Shown piece by piece: positions 9,269 through 17,751 of a stretch of DNA of 64,000 nucleotides. The notes under the pieces were generated by a model. That model was not told where the DNA came from, made no database searches, and worked only from the letters and a program-made list of their open reading frames with translations. Within the stretch, counting starts at the first letter, position 1; each line of letters starts with the position of its first letter. A program made the position numbers and the translations under genes. This stretch comes from an uncultured Candidatus Saccharibacteria bacterium (GTDB taxonomy: Bacteria > Patescibacteriota > Minisyncoccia > Phycocordibacterales > SBAW01), in assembly GCA_964650645.1 (NCBI GenBank), contig CAZYUH010000001.1, positions 639,202-703,201 on the forward strand, read 5' to 3'.

Positions 9269-10234
9269 CTAGAAGGGCTGCGGGACCGGCTTCAGTCCCG
9301 TGTTCGCGTTCGGCGGGTAGCGCTCGGGGTCTATCGCGCGCTCAAAGCACGTCTCGCCCGCGTCGTGCGCCCAGTCGCCGTCAAGCGAGCCGAACGCGCG
9401 CGAGGGCATGGGCTCGCCGCGGCCCCAATCGGCGCCGCCGGCCGAGGCAAAGGTCGCGCACAGCGCGAACGACGTGCCCTGGCCCGGGCGGTACGCATAC
9501 GGCTCGCCCGTCTCCGGGTCGCGCGGGCTGCTGTAGCCCGAAATAGGGTCCTCCAAGTCCGCGAGGGACGCGGGCATCCTCTGCTTCTGCTGCCAGTAGT
9601 TCACCACTTCCCACTGGATGCTCATGAGGTCCTGCACGCGCTGGGCGTCGAGGCGCTGCTGCCTGGCTTGGCCCGGCGTGCCGATGATAAGGAAGCCCGC
9701 GAGGATGGAAACGGCGACCAGCGCCGCGACCGCCCAGGTGACCGACTTGGCGTAGCCCGGGTTGCGGGTCCAGTAGCCGCGCAGGTCGGCCATGAAGTGC
9801 AGGAAGCCGGCGCCTGCCACCAAGAGCACGACCAGCACCTTAAGTAGGAACGCCGTAGTGAGCGATTCACCATTGAGGAAGCTGGTCAGTAGGATAATGA
9901 GGTCTATGGCGATAGTCGCGCCCGCGATGAACAGGGTCAGGAACAGCGCCCAGCGGCGCACCCAGATAGTGGCGCGCGAGGGGTCGCGCGCTATCTCCCG
10001 GCGGATAAGCCTCATCAGGAGTAAGCACAAGGGCGCGAGCACGATGAGGCTGGCCATCTCGTAGGCTACGCTGCCCTGGTAGGGGTTGCCGTAGTAGTAC
10101 GCAAGCGCGTCAGGAAAAGCGTAGTTGATGTAGTCGAATATGAGGCCTAAAAACGCCACGACCGCGCCGTAGAGCGCTATCATCGCCCCGGCCCACATGA
10201 AGAAATCCTTCGGCGTTGCTTTTGAGTGCTCCAT
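9269..10234 (-). CDS. DUF5671-like polytopic membrane protein with Pro/Gly-rich C-terminal tail
   Basis: Multiple TM helices; architecture common in CPR genomes; no enzymatic motif. Confidence 0.45.
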   Translation of the reverse strand: MEHSKATPKDFFMWAGAMIALYGAVVAFLGLIFDYINYAFPDALAYYYGNPYQGSVAYEMASLIVLAPLCLLLMRLIRREIARDPSRATIWVRRWALFLTLFIAGATIAIDLIILLTSFLNGESLTTAFLLKVLVVLLVAGAGFLHFMADLRGYWTRNPGYAKSVTWAVAALVAVSILAGFLIIGTPGQARQQRLDAQRVQDLMSIQWEVVNYWQQKQRMPASLADLEDPISGYSSPRDPETGEPYAYRPGQGTSFALCATFASAGGADWGRGEPMPSRAFGSLDGDWAHDAGETCFERAIDPERYPPNANTGLKPVPQPF

Positions 10235-10358
10235 ATATATTTAAAGACGCGCGGTTACTGTTACGCTTACTATAGTACCACCCCTAGATGCCTGGCCCCA
10301 TCCTTTTACATGAAGCGCGCGGCTTGCGCTTTAGAATCCATACTATACTTAAAGGCAT

Positions 10359-13202
10359 ATGAAGATTAGTTATAAATCCGCAGGCATCGCCCTGTTATTA
10401 GCGTTCCCGTTCCTCGGTTCCGCAGCCACTACCAGCGATATCCCCCTTACCTTCAACGACGCCGTGTTCAGCGGCGTTACGAATTCAGGTTCGGTGAATC
10501 TGCCTAACGGCGGGATGCTCTCCAATAAGAGCATCACCGTTGACGGCCCCGCCGCCTCGGTCCTCTGCCAGGGCTCCTGCGTCCTGGAGCGCGTGCGCGT
10601 CGACTCCGCCGAAGCCGTCCGCGTCGGCGGCAGCGGCACGGTAATGATTAACAACTCGTACCTCGAGGCTACCGGCTCGGGCGACGACCACGCGGACACC
10701 ATCCAGGCCTACGCGCCGGGCGACCGCGGCACTATCAGCATCTCCAACACGTCCATAGTCGCGCACAACACCGCCGCGACCGCGGGCCTCTTCGTGGCCG
10801 ACAACTGGACCGGCACCATCAATCTCAACAACGTGGTCTTTAACGGCGGCCCGTTCGGCCTGCGCCTCCACCCCGACACGGGCGGCGACAACATCATATA
10901 CGCCAAGGATGTCTACTTCGTGGGACCCTTCGGCTATAACCCGATCCTCATGAGCGACTACGGCGGCCATAAGAACATCATCAAGCAGTGGGAGAACGTG
11001 CGCCATGCGACGATCGTGAACGGCAAGCTCGTCCCCGGCGATCTCATCCCCTGCCCGGTTTCAAGCTGCGGCAATGAGTCGTCTCCGACCACCCCCACTA
11101 CCCCGACTACGCCCACGACGCCGACTGCTCCGGCTTCGACTAAGTTCTCGACCGGCAGCCGCGTGCAGGTAGTGAACGGCCCGCTCAACGTGCGCACGGC
11201 CGCCACCACGGCCGCCACCCTGCTGGGCTCCCAGACAAACGGTTCCGCCGGCACCGTCGTGGGCGGCCCCACGGCTCAGGGCGGCTACATTTGGTGGAAC
11301 ATCAACTACGACTCGGGCGTCGACGGCTGGAGCGTAGAGAACTACCTTGCGGCCTACACCGCGCCTACGACGCCGACTACTCCCACCACTCCAACGACCC
11401 CCACCACTCCGGAGGTCAAGGATATTGAAAAGCCCACGACGCCGTCCGGCCTTACCGCGACCGCGGATTCCTCTTCCCAGATCAGCCTCTCGTGGGAGGC
11501 GTCCAGCGACGACGTGGGCGTCACCGGCTACGAGGTGTTCCGCAACCGCAGGTATGTCGCCACGGCGGCGGGCACGACCTACGCCGATACGGGACTCTCC
11601 GACTCGACCACCTACAGGTACCAAGTGAGGGCCCTGGATGCCGCGAACAGGCACTCGTCCAAGTCCAAGGCCGCGAAGGCGAGGACCCTTGAGGACGGTT
11701 CGGCTCCCGCGACGCCGACGGAACCGACCGCTCCGACAGCCCCGTCCACGCCCACCTCAAGCACGGGAATCCCCCTCAGCTTCAACGACGCCATGTTCAG
11801 CGGCGCCGAGAATTCGGACGCGGTCAGGCTCTCTAACGGCGGATCCGTGAGCAACAAGAGCATTACCGACACCGGCGATACCGCATCGGTCGTCTGCACG
11901 GGCGCGTGCACCGTCGACCGCGTCCGCATCAGTTCGCGCGAGGGCGTCCGCGTCGGCGGCAGCGGCACCGTCAGCATCAATAATACGTATATGGAGGTCA
12001 ACGGCACCGGCGACGACCATGCGGACGGCATCCAGGCCTACGCGCCGGGCGACCGCGGCACCATAAAGATGCGCAATTCCACTATTGCCATGGGCACCAC
12101 GGCCGTTAACTCCGCGTTCTTCGTCGCAGACAACTGGACCGGCACTATCGACCTCGAGAACGTCGTCATCAAGGGCGGCCTGTACGGGTTCCGCGTCCAC
12201 CCCGACACGGGCGGCGACAACACTATCTCGATGAAGGACGTGTACTTCGTCGGGCCGTTCCAGTACGGCCAGATCCTCATGACCGACGTTGCGGGCCACA
12301 AGAACAACATCGTCAAGTGGGAGAACGTCCGCAATGCGACGATCGTGGACGGCAAGCTCGTCCCCGGCGCGCTTATCCCCTGCCCGGCTTCCAACTGCGG
12401 CAGCACGTCTTCAAGCGAGCCGGAAGACCCTGAGCCGGCCCCGGCGACTCCTGAAGAGCCCGCTCCTTCGCAGCCGTCCGCTCCCGCTCCTTCAAGCGGC
12501 AGCGTCTCCTCGCTCTGGAGCGCCTCCGATACTCCCGTAACCGCAAGCGATCCGGATACGAACGCGGTCGAGCTGGGCATGAAGTTCTCGACCAACGTCG
12601 CGGGCAAGGTAACGGGCGTGCGCTTCTACAAGGGCTCCCAGAACACCGGCACGCACACCGGCAGCCTGTGGTCCTCTTCGGGCAGCCTCCTTGCGACCGG
12701 CACGTTCACTAACGAGAGCGCTTCGGGCTGGCAGACGCTTACCTTCTCGTCTCCCGTCAGCATCTCGGCGAACACGACCTACGTGGTCTCCTACCACACC
12801 AGCGTAGGCAGGTACGCGGGCGACAAGGACTACTTCGGCAGCGCGCGCACCAGCGGCCCCATTACGGCGCCCAGGAACGCGGGCGTGTACAAGTACGGCG
12901 CGGGCGGCTTCCCCACCCAGTCGTACGAATCGAGCAACTACTGGGTAGACGTGCTGTTCGTGCCGGAGGGCGTAGTCGCGGGCGCATCCTACTCTCCGCT
13001 GGCTATCGGCGACACGGTCAAGACCAAGGCGAACCTCAACGTGCGCTCGGCGCCGGGCGGCGCGGTCGTGGGCGTAGCGTCCCTTGGCTCTGCCGGAGTG
13101 GTGCAATCCGCGCCGCAGTCCGCGGGCGGCATCACGTGGCTGCGCGTCACGTACCAGAACGGGCTCAGCGGCTGGAGCTCCGCCGGGTACCTGACCCGCT
13201 AG
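10359..13202 (+). CDS. Large secreted multi-domain surface protein: 2x pectate-lyase-like beta-helix domain, PT-rich linkers, SH3b, fibronectin-III, DUF4082, C-terminal SH3b
   Basis: Signal peptide MKISYKSAGIALLLAFPFLGSAAT; two ~215-aa paralogous domains (IPLTFNDAVFSG... and IPLSFNDAMFSG...); TPTTP repeats; FN3 (ISLSWEASSDDVGVTGYEVFRN); DUF4082 signature (VELGMKFSTNVAGKVTGVRFYKG...NYWVDVLF). Confidence 0.7.
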   Translation: MKISYKSAGIALLLAFPFLGSAATTSDIPLTFNDAVFSGVTNSGSVNLPNGGMLSNKSITVDGPAASVLCQGSCVLERVRVDSAEAVRVGGSGTVMINNSYLEATGSGDDHADTIQAYAPGDRGTISISNTSIVAHNTAATAGLFVADNWTGTINLNNVVFNGGPFGLRLHPDTGGDNIIYAKDVYFVGPFGYNPILMSDYGGHKNIIKQWENVRHATIVNGKLVPGDLIPCPVSSCGNESSPTTPTTPTTPTTPTAPASTKFSTGSRVQVVNGPLNVRTAATTAATLLGSQTNGSAGTVVGGPTAQGGYIWWNINYDSGVDGWSVENYLAAYTAPTTPTTPTTPTTPTTPEVKDIEKPTTPSGLTATADSSSQISLSWEASSDDVGVTGYEVFRNRRYVATAAGTTYADTGLSDSTTYRYQVRALDAANRHSSKSKAAKARTLEDGSAPATPTEPTAPTAPSTPTSSTGIPLSFNDAMFSGAENSDAVRLSNGGSVSNKSITDTGDTASVVCTGACTVDRVRISSREGVRVGGSGTVSINNTYMEVNGTGDDHADGIQAYAPGDRGTIKMRNSTIAMGTTAVNSAFFVADNWTGTIDLENVVIKGGLYGFRVHPDTGGDNTISMKDVYFVGPFQYGQILMTDVAGHKNNIVKWENVRNATIVDGKLVPGALIPCPASNCGSTSSSEPEDPEPAPATPEEPAPSQPSAPAPSSGSVSSLWSASDTPVTASDPDTNAVELGMKFSTNVAGKVTGVRFYKGSQNTGTHTGSLWSSSGSLLATGTFTNESASGWQTLTFSSPVSISANTTYVVSYHTSVGRYAGDKDYFGSARTSGPITAPRNAGVYKYGAGGFPTQSYESSNYWVDVLFVPEGVVAGASYSPLAIGDTVKTKANLNVRSAPGGAVVGVASLGSAGVVQSAPQSAGGITWLRVTYQNGLSGWSSAGYLTR

Positions 13203-13215
13203 ATTCGCCCAACAG

Positions 13216-13245
13216 CAGCAATAAAGGCCCGCCGTACGGCGGGCC
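13216..13245. terminator. Bidirectional terminator between convergent genes
   Basis: AAAGGCCCGCC-GTAC-GGCGGGCCTTT perfect hairpin. Confidence 0.65.
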
Positions 13246-13251
13246 TTTGCA

Positions 13252-13749
13252 TTACCTCAGGGAATGGTGCGTCCAGAGCTCTCCGTGCGCGTCCCTCGCC
13301 TCCTCTAAAAGCGGCGGGTCCGAATCGGGGTGGAGCCTGAATATCCTGTCTCCCGACCTGAACGTGATGGCGTAATGCCACGGGGCTATCTCGGTAACGT
13401 ATTCGAGGCCCAGGTAGGCCTCGCAATCCTCTTTCTTGTCCTTGAACGGAATCGCTATACCGCGCGCGCCCGGGTCGAGCGCGAGCTTGAGCTTGGCCGC
13501 GATGTGCGCGAGGAGCGCAAGCCCCAGGTCGCGCTCCTGGGCGCTCTGCATCGCGCGTATGGTCGCCTGCATCCCCGCTATCGCCCGCGAGGGGTATTCG
13601 GGGAGCGGGCAGAACGGCGCCACCTCGTGCTCGTACTGCGGATGGATAATCTCATCCACCAGCCGGCACACGTGCGCCCCGCCGCTGTAGTACGCGCGGT
13701 TCGCGCACTCCCTGCATGAACGGGTCATCCCGGTAATCCTCTGAACCAT
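13252..13749 (-). CDS. Hypothetical protein with CxxC pair
   Basis: 165-aa ORF; N-terminal SCRECANRAY...CRLV, possible zinc ribbon; no family recognised. Confidence 0.4.
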   Translation of the reverse strand: MVQRITGMTRSCRECANRAYYSGGAHVCRLVDEIIHPQYEHEVAPFCPLPEYPSRAIAGMQATIRAMQSAQERDLGLALLAHIAAKLKLALDPGARGIAIPFKDKKEDCEAYLGLEYVTEIAPWHYAITFRSGDRIFRLHPDSDPPLLEEARDAHGELWTHHSLR

Positions 13750-13791
13750 CCCTGTCTCCTTGTCCGGTCTGGCAGGGACTATAGCACGGCG

Positions 13792-14778
13792 CTAGCCGTG
13801 GAGGAACTCTATCGTATCCCCCTCCTGCACCACGTATTCCTTCCCTTCGGTGCGTATCCAGCCCTTCTCGCGCGCGCCGGCGCGGCTGCCGGCCTCTATG
13901 AGCTTCTGCCAGTTGATGACCTCGGCGCGGATGAACTTGTCCCTGAAATCGCTGTGTATCGCGGCGCCCGCTTCAGGGGCCGTAGAGCCCCTTTTAACCG
14001 TCCAAGCGCGGCTCTCGGCCTCCCCGGTGGTAAAGAAGCTCATGAGCCCCAAAAGCTCGTAGCCCTTGCGTATGAGGTCGTTTATGCCGTCCTCGAACAC
14101 GCCGTACTCCTGGCGGAACGACTGCTTGTCCTCGCCATGCAGGTCCTTCAGCTCGTGTTCTACATTGGCGTCCACCACCACCCACGTCTTGTCGGCCAGG
14201 AACTCCATGAGCCGCTGCCAGCGCGGGTCGGCCTGCATCTCGTCCAGATTATGCCCGCCCGATTCCTTGTTAAGCACGTATAAGACGGGCTTCGCGCTAA
14301 GCAGGCCCGCAAGCGGCTCCTCGCTTGCCCCCTTGCCCTTCTTGGCCTGGCGCTTCTCCTCGCGCTCCTGGTCGGCAAGCGCGAGCTCGGTGTGTATGAG
14401 CTCTATGTCGGCCAGGGGGTCGATACCTTCCTGCGTGTTGGTGATATTGGGGTTCTCGAATATGCGCACCACGTGGGCTATGGCGTCCACCTCGCGGATA
14501 TGCTGCAAAAACTGGTTGCCAAGGCCCTCGCCCTCGCTGGCGCCCTTCACCAGGCCCGCGATGTCCACGAACTCGACCGCCGCAGGCACCTTGCTCTTCG
14601 ATTTGGAGAATTCGGCGAGCCTGTCGAGCCGCTCGTCGGGCACGGCCACCACGCCTACCGACGGGTCTATGGTGGCAAACGGGTAATTTGCGATGAGCAC
14701 GCTCTTTTTCGTGAGTGCATTAAAGAGCGTGGACTTCCCCACGTTGGGCAGGCCGACTATGCCGATACTGAGCGCCAT
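13792..14778 (-). CDS. ychF: Ribosome-binding ATPase YchF (Obg-like ATPase)
   Basis: G1 motif GIVGLPNVGKSTLFNAL, TGS-like C-terminus (YVVQEGDTIEF). Confidence 0.9.
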   Translation of the reverse strand: MALSIGIVGLPNVGKSTLFNALTKKSVLIANYPFATIDPSVGVVAVPDERLDRLAEFSKSKSKVPAAVEFVDIAGLVKGASEGEGLGNQFLQHIREVDAIAHVVRIFENPNITNTQEGIDPLADIELIHTELALADQEREEKRQAKKGKGASEEPLAGLLSAKPVLYVLNKESGGHNLDEMQADPRWQRLMEFLADKTWVVVDANVEHELKDLHGEDKQSFRQEYGVFEDGINDLIRKGYELLGLMSFFTTGEAESRAWTVKRGSTAPEAGAAIHSDFRDKFIRAEVINWQKLIEAGSRAGAREKGWIRTEGKEYVVQEGDTIEFLHG

Positions 14779-14835
14779 TTAGTGGTATGTATACCTCATT
14801 TTGCGGGTTTTGTCCTCTTTATCGCGCGGGCGCGC

Positions 14836-14866
14836 CTCCACGCAAAAAGGCCGAGAAGCGCTCGGC
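14836..14866 (-). terminator. Rho-independent terminator for the small secreted peptide gene
   Basis: Minus strand AAGGCCGAGCGCTTCTCGGCCTTTTTGCG. Confidence 0.6.
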
Positions 14867-14881
14867 CTTGCGTGCGGGGCC

Positions 14882-15127
14882 CTAGAAGCTGAACGGGAAT
14901 CCGTTCGGGAACGACGGGAAATTGATGGTCGGAATGCGGATGTCCGGGATGCGGATAGGCGGGAACTTTATTTCCGGGAAGCGTATCACCGGGAAATGTA
15001 TGGGCGGGATGTTCGGGAACCCGCCGCCTCCGCCGTAGCCGAAGTCGGCGGACGCCGCTGACGGCGCGAGCAGCACGACGGCGAATGCAGCCGAGGCCGC
15101 GTACGTCGCAAGTTTTCTAGTGGTCAT
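14882..15127 (-). CDS. Small secreted peptide with tandem Phe/Pro/Ile repeats (FPxIRxP x7)
   Basis: Signal peptide ...LLAPSAASA then GYGGGGGFP NIPPIHFP VIRFP EIKFP PIRIP DIRIP TINFP SFPNGFPFSF; DNA has ~15-bp cgggaa-containing tandem repeats. Confidence 0.5.
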   Translation of the reverse strand: MTTRKLATYAASAAFAVVLLAPSAASADFGYGGGGGFPNIPPIHFPVIRFPEIKFPPIRIPDIRIPTINFPSFPNGFPFSF

Positions 15128-15203
15128 AATGAAGAAGGTCAGATATCTGATAGTTAAGGCCAGCTCAAATGCCGCAGGTTTCCCGTCCTGCCTTATTTCC
15201 AGG

Positions 15204-16919
15204 CTAATCCGCTACGCGATACAAGTCAACACTGGGGGTGCTGATAACTTTCTCAAGCGCCGCAGAGCCCAAAAAGGGATACGAATAGGGGTCGTCATGG
15301 GCCTCGTCGGGGGTGTATATCACGTACCTGATCCCGAGGCCCGCTAATAATCTCAGTGTTTCGTCCGGATCGGCGTCATTGTCGGTAATGGCCGCCGAAA
15401 GGCGCGCGTACCCGGGGAGGCGCGACTGCTGTCCGCCGTCGCCTACTTCCCCTATTTCGGCACTCGCACCCTGATAAATGGTACAGTCGAAATATGAAGA
15501 TGAGGTGTTGGCCGTTAATAGACGGTTGTTGAAAACCGGCGTGTAGTACAGGTGCCAAGGGAGAAATACCGCCGCACAAGCATCATCCCGCTTCAATGTA
15601 TCGTTCACCGTTGCCCACCCGTCCGGGTACCACACGGGCCGTAATTGGCCCGCCAGGCCGAAGAGCGTGGTGGGCGTATACAAGAGCGGGATGCAGCACA
15701 GCGCGGCCATAGCCAAGCGCGGGCGCTTGAAGCGGCTGGCAATGTAACCTGCGCCCAATCCTCCTACAAGCGCGTACGCGAGCACCAACACGGCGCTCCA
15801 CTTCTGCGTATCCCTGAAGCCGCTCCAGAACGGCACATGATTGAACATCCATGCGTTGGCGTTTTGGAATATGCCCGGCCCGATGCCGGAGGAGAACACG
15901 AGCGCCAGCGCGCCTGCGCCGCACAGCCACAGCACGATAAAGCGGTTGCCCCGCCTGCGCAGGCCCGCGACAACTCCCGCGCACACAACGCCCGCAAGGG
16001 CGATGCCTGACAGCGCCCAGAGCAGGCCGCTCTCTTTAGGCCAGGCAAAGTACGTGATCCAGCGCTCGTGCTCGCCCCAAAAGCCGTACAGCGCCGCTAC
16101 GTTCCCTGCCGTGCCCAGTACCGGGTCGCTGGCGGTATAAAAGGCCCGCACGTCGCCCGCGCCGAAGTCGCTCAGCGCCGTTGCGGGCGCCGCAAAGGCC
16201 GGCACGAGCCAGTACAGGCTCGCAAGCGCAAATAGCAGACCGCAGGCGCATAAGCGGCCCAGGAGCGCCCGCGCCATGCGGTACTCCCCCGCGCACAGCA
16301 TGCGCGTTACGGAGGCCAGCGCGAATACGGCAAGCAGGACGCATCCCATGACCATAATGTGGAGCGAGAACATGCCCATGCATAGGAGCCACGCGCAGGC
16401 GTGCAGGGCGTGCCGCCACGCAAGGGTCCTGTACAGGCGCGTCAGCGAGCACGCGAGGGGGAACAGGAAGGCGTACGCCATGAGCACGCCCCACTGCCCC
16501 GCCAACATCCGCTCGTATACGAACGGGTTAACGGCGAACAGCGCCGATGCGAAATAGCGCCCAGCCCGATGGTCCTCGAACGGATAGAAGCGCAGAGGCA
16601 GGTAAAAAAGCAAATAGAACAGCCCGAACAGGATGCCCTTCTGGATGACCCAGACGGGCATCCAAAAATGCAGGAGGTATATAAGGTACCTGTACGGAAA
16701 CGCCGCCGCCGAAAGCCCCTCGTATGAAGGGAACGCCGCGTGTGGCCCGAAGACCATGTCGAGCGTGAGCACATAGCCCGGTAACAGCATCTGCCAGAGC
16801 ACTACCACGGCGCCCAGCGCCGCGATAAGCGCATGCTTGTAGTACAGCGCCGCAGCGCCTGCGCACGCCTTTAATGCCAGCGCCTTTGCCGCCCACGCGT
16901 TTGCCAATAGCCTTTTCAT
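15204..16919 (-). CDS. Polytopic membrane protein, putative GT-C-fold glycosyltransferase
   Basis: ~12 TM helices followed by ~130-aa C-terminal soluble domain; start taken at MKRLLANAW (ATG 16919-16917), directly abutting a palindromic operator. Confidence 0.45.
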   Translation of the reverse strand: MKRLLANAWAAKALALKACAGAAALYYKHALIAALGAVVVLWQMLLPGYVLTLDMVFGPHAAFPSYEGLSAAAFPYRYLIYLLHFWMPVWVIQKGILFGLFYLLFYLPLRFYPFEDHRAGRYFASALFAVNPFVYERMLAGQWGVLMAYAFLFPLACSLTRLYRTLAWRHALHACAWLLCMGMFSLHIMVMGCVLLAVFALASVTRMLCAGEYRMARALLGRLCACGLLFALASLYWLVPAFAAPATALSDFGAGDVRAFYTASDPVLGTAGNVAALYGFWGEHERWITYFAWPKESGLLWALSGIALAGVVCAGVVAGLRRRGNRFIVLWLCGAGALALVFSSGIGPGIFQNANAWMFNHVPFWSGFRDTQKWSAVLVLAYALVGGLGAGYIASRFKRPRLAMAALCCIPLLYTPTTLFGLAGQLRPVWYPDGWATVNDTLKRDDACAAVFLPWHLYYTPVFNNRLLTANTSSSYFDCTIYQGASAEIGEVGDGGQQSRLPGYARLSAAITDNDADPDETLRLLAGLGIRYVIYTPDEAHDDPYSYPFLGSAALEKVISTPSVDLYRVAD

Positions 16920-17236
16920 TCTAGTTTTTTGCAAAAAGCTAGAATGGCGTGGGCGCGTGGTGTCAGCTTATGGCGCACGTTCACGCTGTCGCTGCGCTTG
17001 GCCACAAGGCCCGCCATGGCCATCTTACGCAGGTGGTCGGACGCGTTCATGTACCCTATCGAGAGCCTCTGGGAGATTTCGTCGATAGACAGCTCGGGCT
17101 CGCGCTTAAGCAGGTCCAGTATGTGCAGCCGGCGGTGGTTCGCAAAGCCCTTTACCACGCGCTCAAGCCTCCGGTACTGCGCCCCTCCCTTTTGCCCCGC
17201 TTTTCCCTCTGTTTTGCGGCCCCTCGTTTGCATCAT
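16916..17236 (-). CDS. ArsR/SmtB-family HTH transcriptional regulator
   Basis: HRRLHILDLLKREPELSIDEISQRLSIGYMNASDHLRKMAMAGLV is a typical ArsR wHTH; 106 aa. Confidence 0.7.
   Translation of the reverse strand: MMQTRGRKTEGKAGQKGGAQYRRLERVVKGFANHRRLHILDLLKREPELSIDEISQRLSIGYMNASDHLRKMAMAGLVAKRSDSVNVRHKLTPRAHAILAFCKKLE
16922..16945. promoter_or_regulatory. Palindromic operator copy 1 (TAGTTTTTTGCAAAAAGCTAGAAT), overlaps arsR 3' end and the start of the downstream membrane-protein gene
   Basis: 24-bp exact repeat of the element at 17258-17281; core TTTTTGCAAAAA is a perfect palindrome flanked by CTAG..CTAG. Confidence 0.55.
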
Positions 17237-17257
17237 GCGGATATACTATACAGTTTT

Positions 17258-17281
17258 TAGTTTTTTGCAAAAAGCTAGAAT
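17258..17281. promoter_or_regulatory. Palindromic operator copy 2, overlapping the -35 region of the arsR promoter
   Basis: Identical 24-mer; on the minus strand it is followed by TATAGT 8 nt before the arsR ATG. Confidence 0.55.
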
Positions 17282-17379
17282 AAACCGGGAGGATGGAATG
17301 GATTGGGAGGGTGGTCGGGAAGGCTGGGCGCGCCAGGACATGCCAGTGCGCGCGTACTTGGGCGCCCTTGTTACCCTGC

Positions 17380-17748
17380 TCAGTCGCCGGCTTCGGTTCC
17401 CTTTTCGCGCCAGAGCTCTATGAGCTGGAGGGCCACCGTCATGCACAGGAAGAAGAACGCGAACACGGCCATGTACTCGGCAAACGCGTCCTGGTTAAGC
17501 GCGAGCAGGATTGGGCATGTTACCAGGCACAAAATGGCCAGTACGCCCACGATGCGGTTGTCCAGCCGGTACAGCGCGAACGAGAAGAACATGGCCCACA
17601 GCAAGCTCGAAATGACATCGGTCGCGTAGCCAATACCAATGAACGCGGCCACGATGAACGCCGCCTTCCATTTGCGCGCGGTTATATCGCTCCAGGCTTC
17701 CTTCAGCTCCTTTGTAAACTGCCTCCATACGATGCGTAGCGTGTGCAT
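17380..17748 (-). CDS. Small membrane protein, hypothetical
   Basis: 122 aa, 3 predicted TM helices. Confidence 0.4.
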   Translation of the reverse strand: MHTLRIVWRQFTKELKEAWSDITARKWKAAFIVAAFIGIGYATDVISSLLWAMFFSFALYRLDNRIVGVLAILCLVTCPILLALNQDAFAEYMAVFAFFFLCMTVALQLIELWREKGTEAGD

Positions 17749-17751
17749 ATA

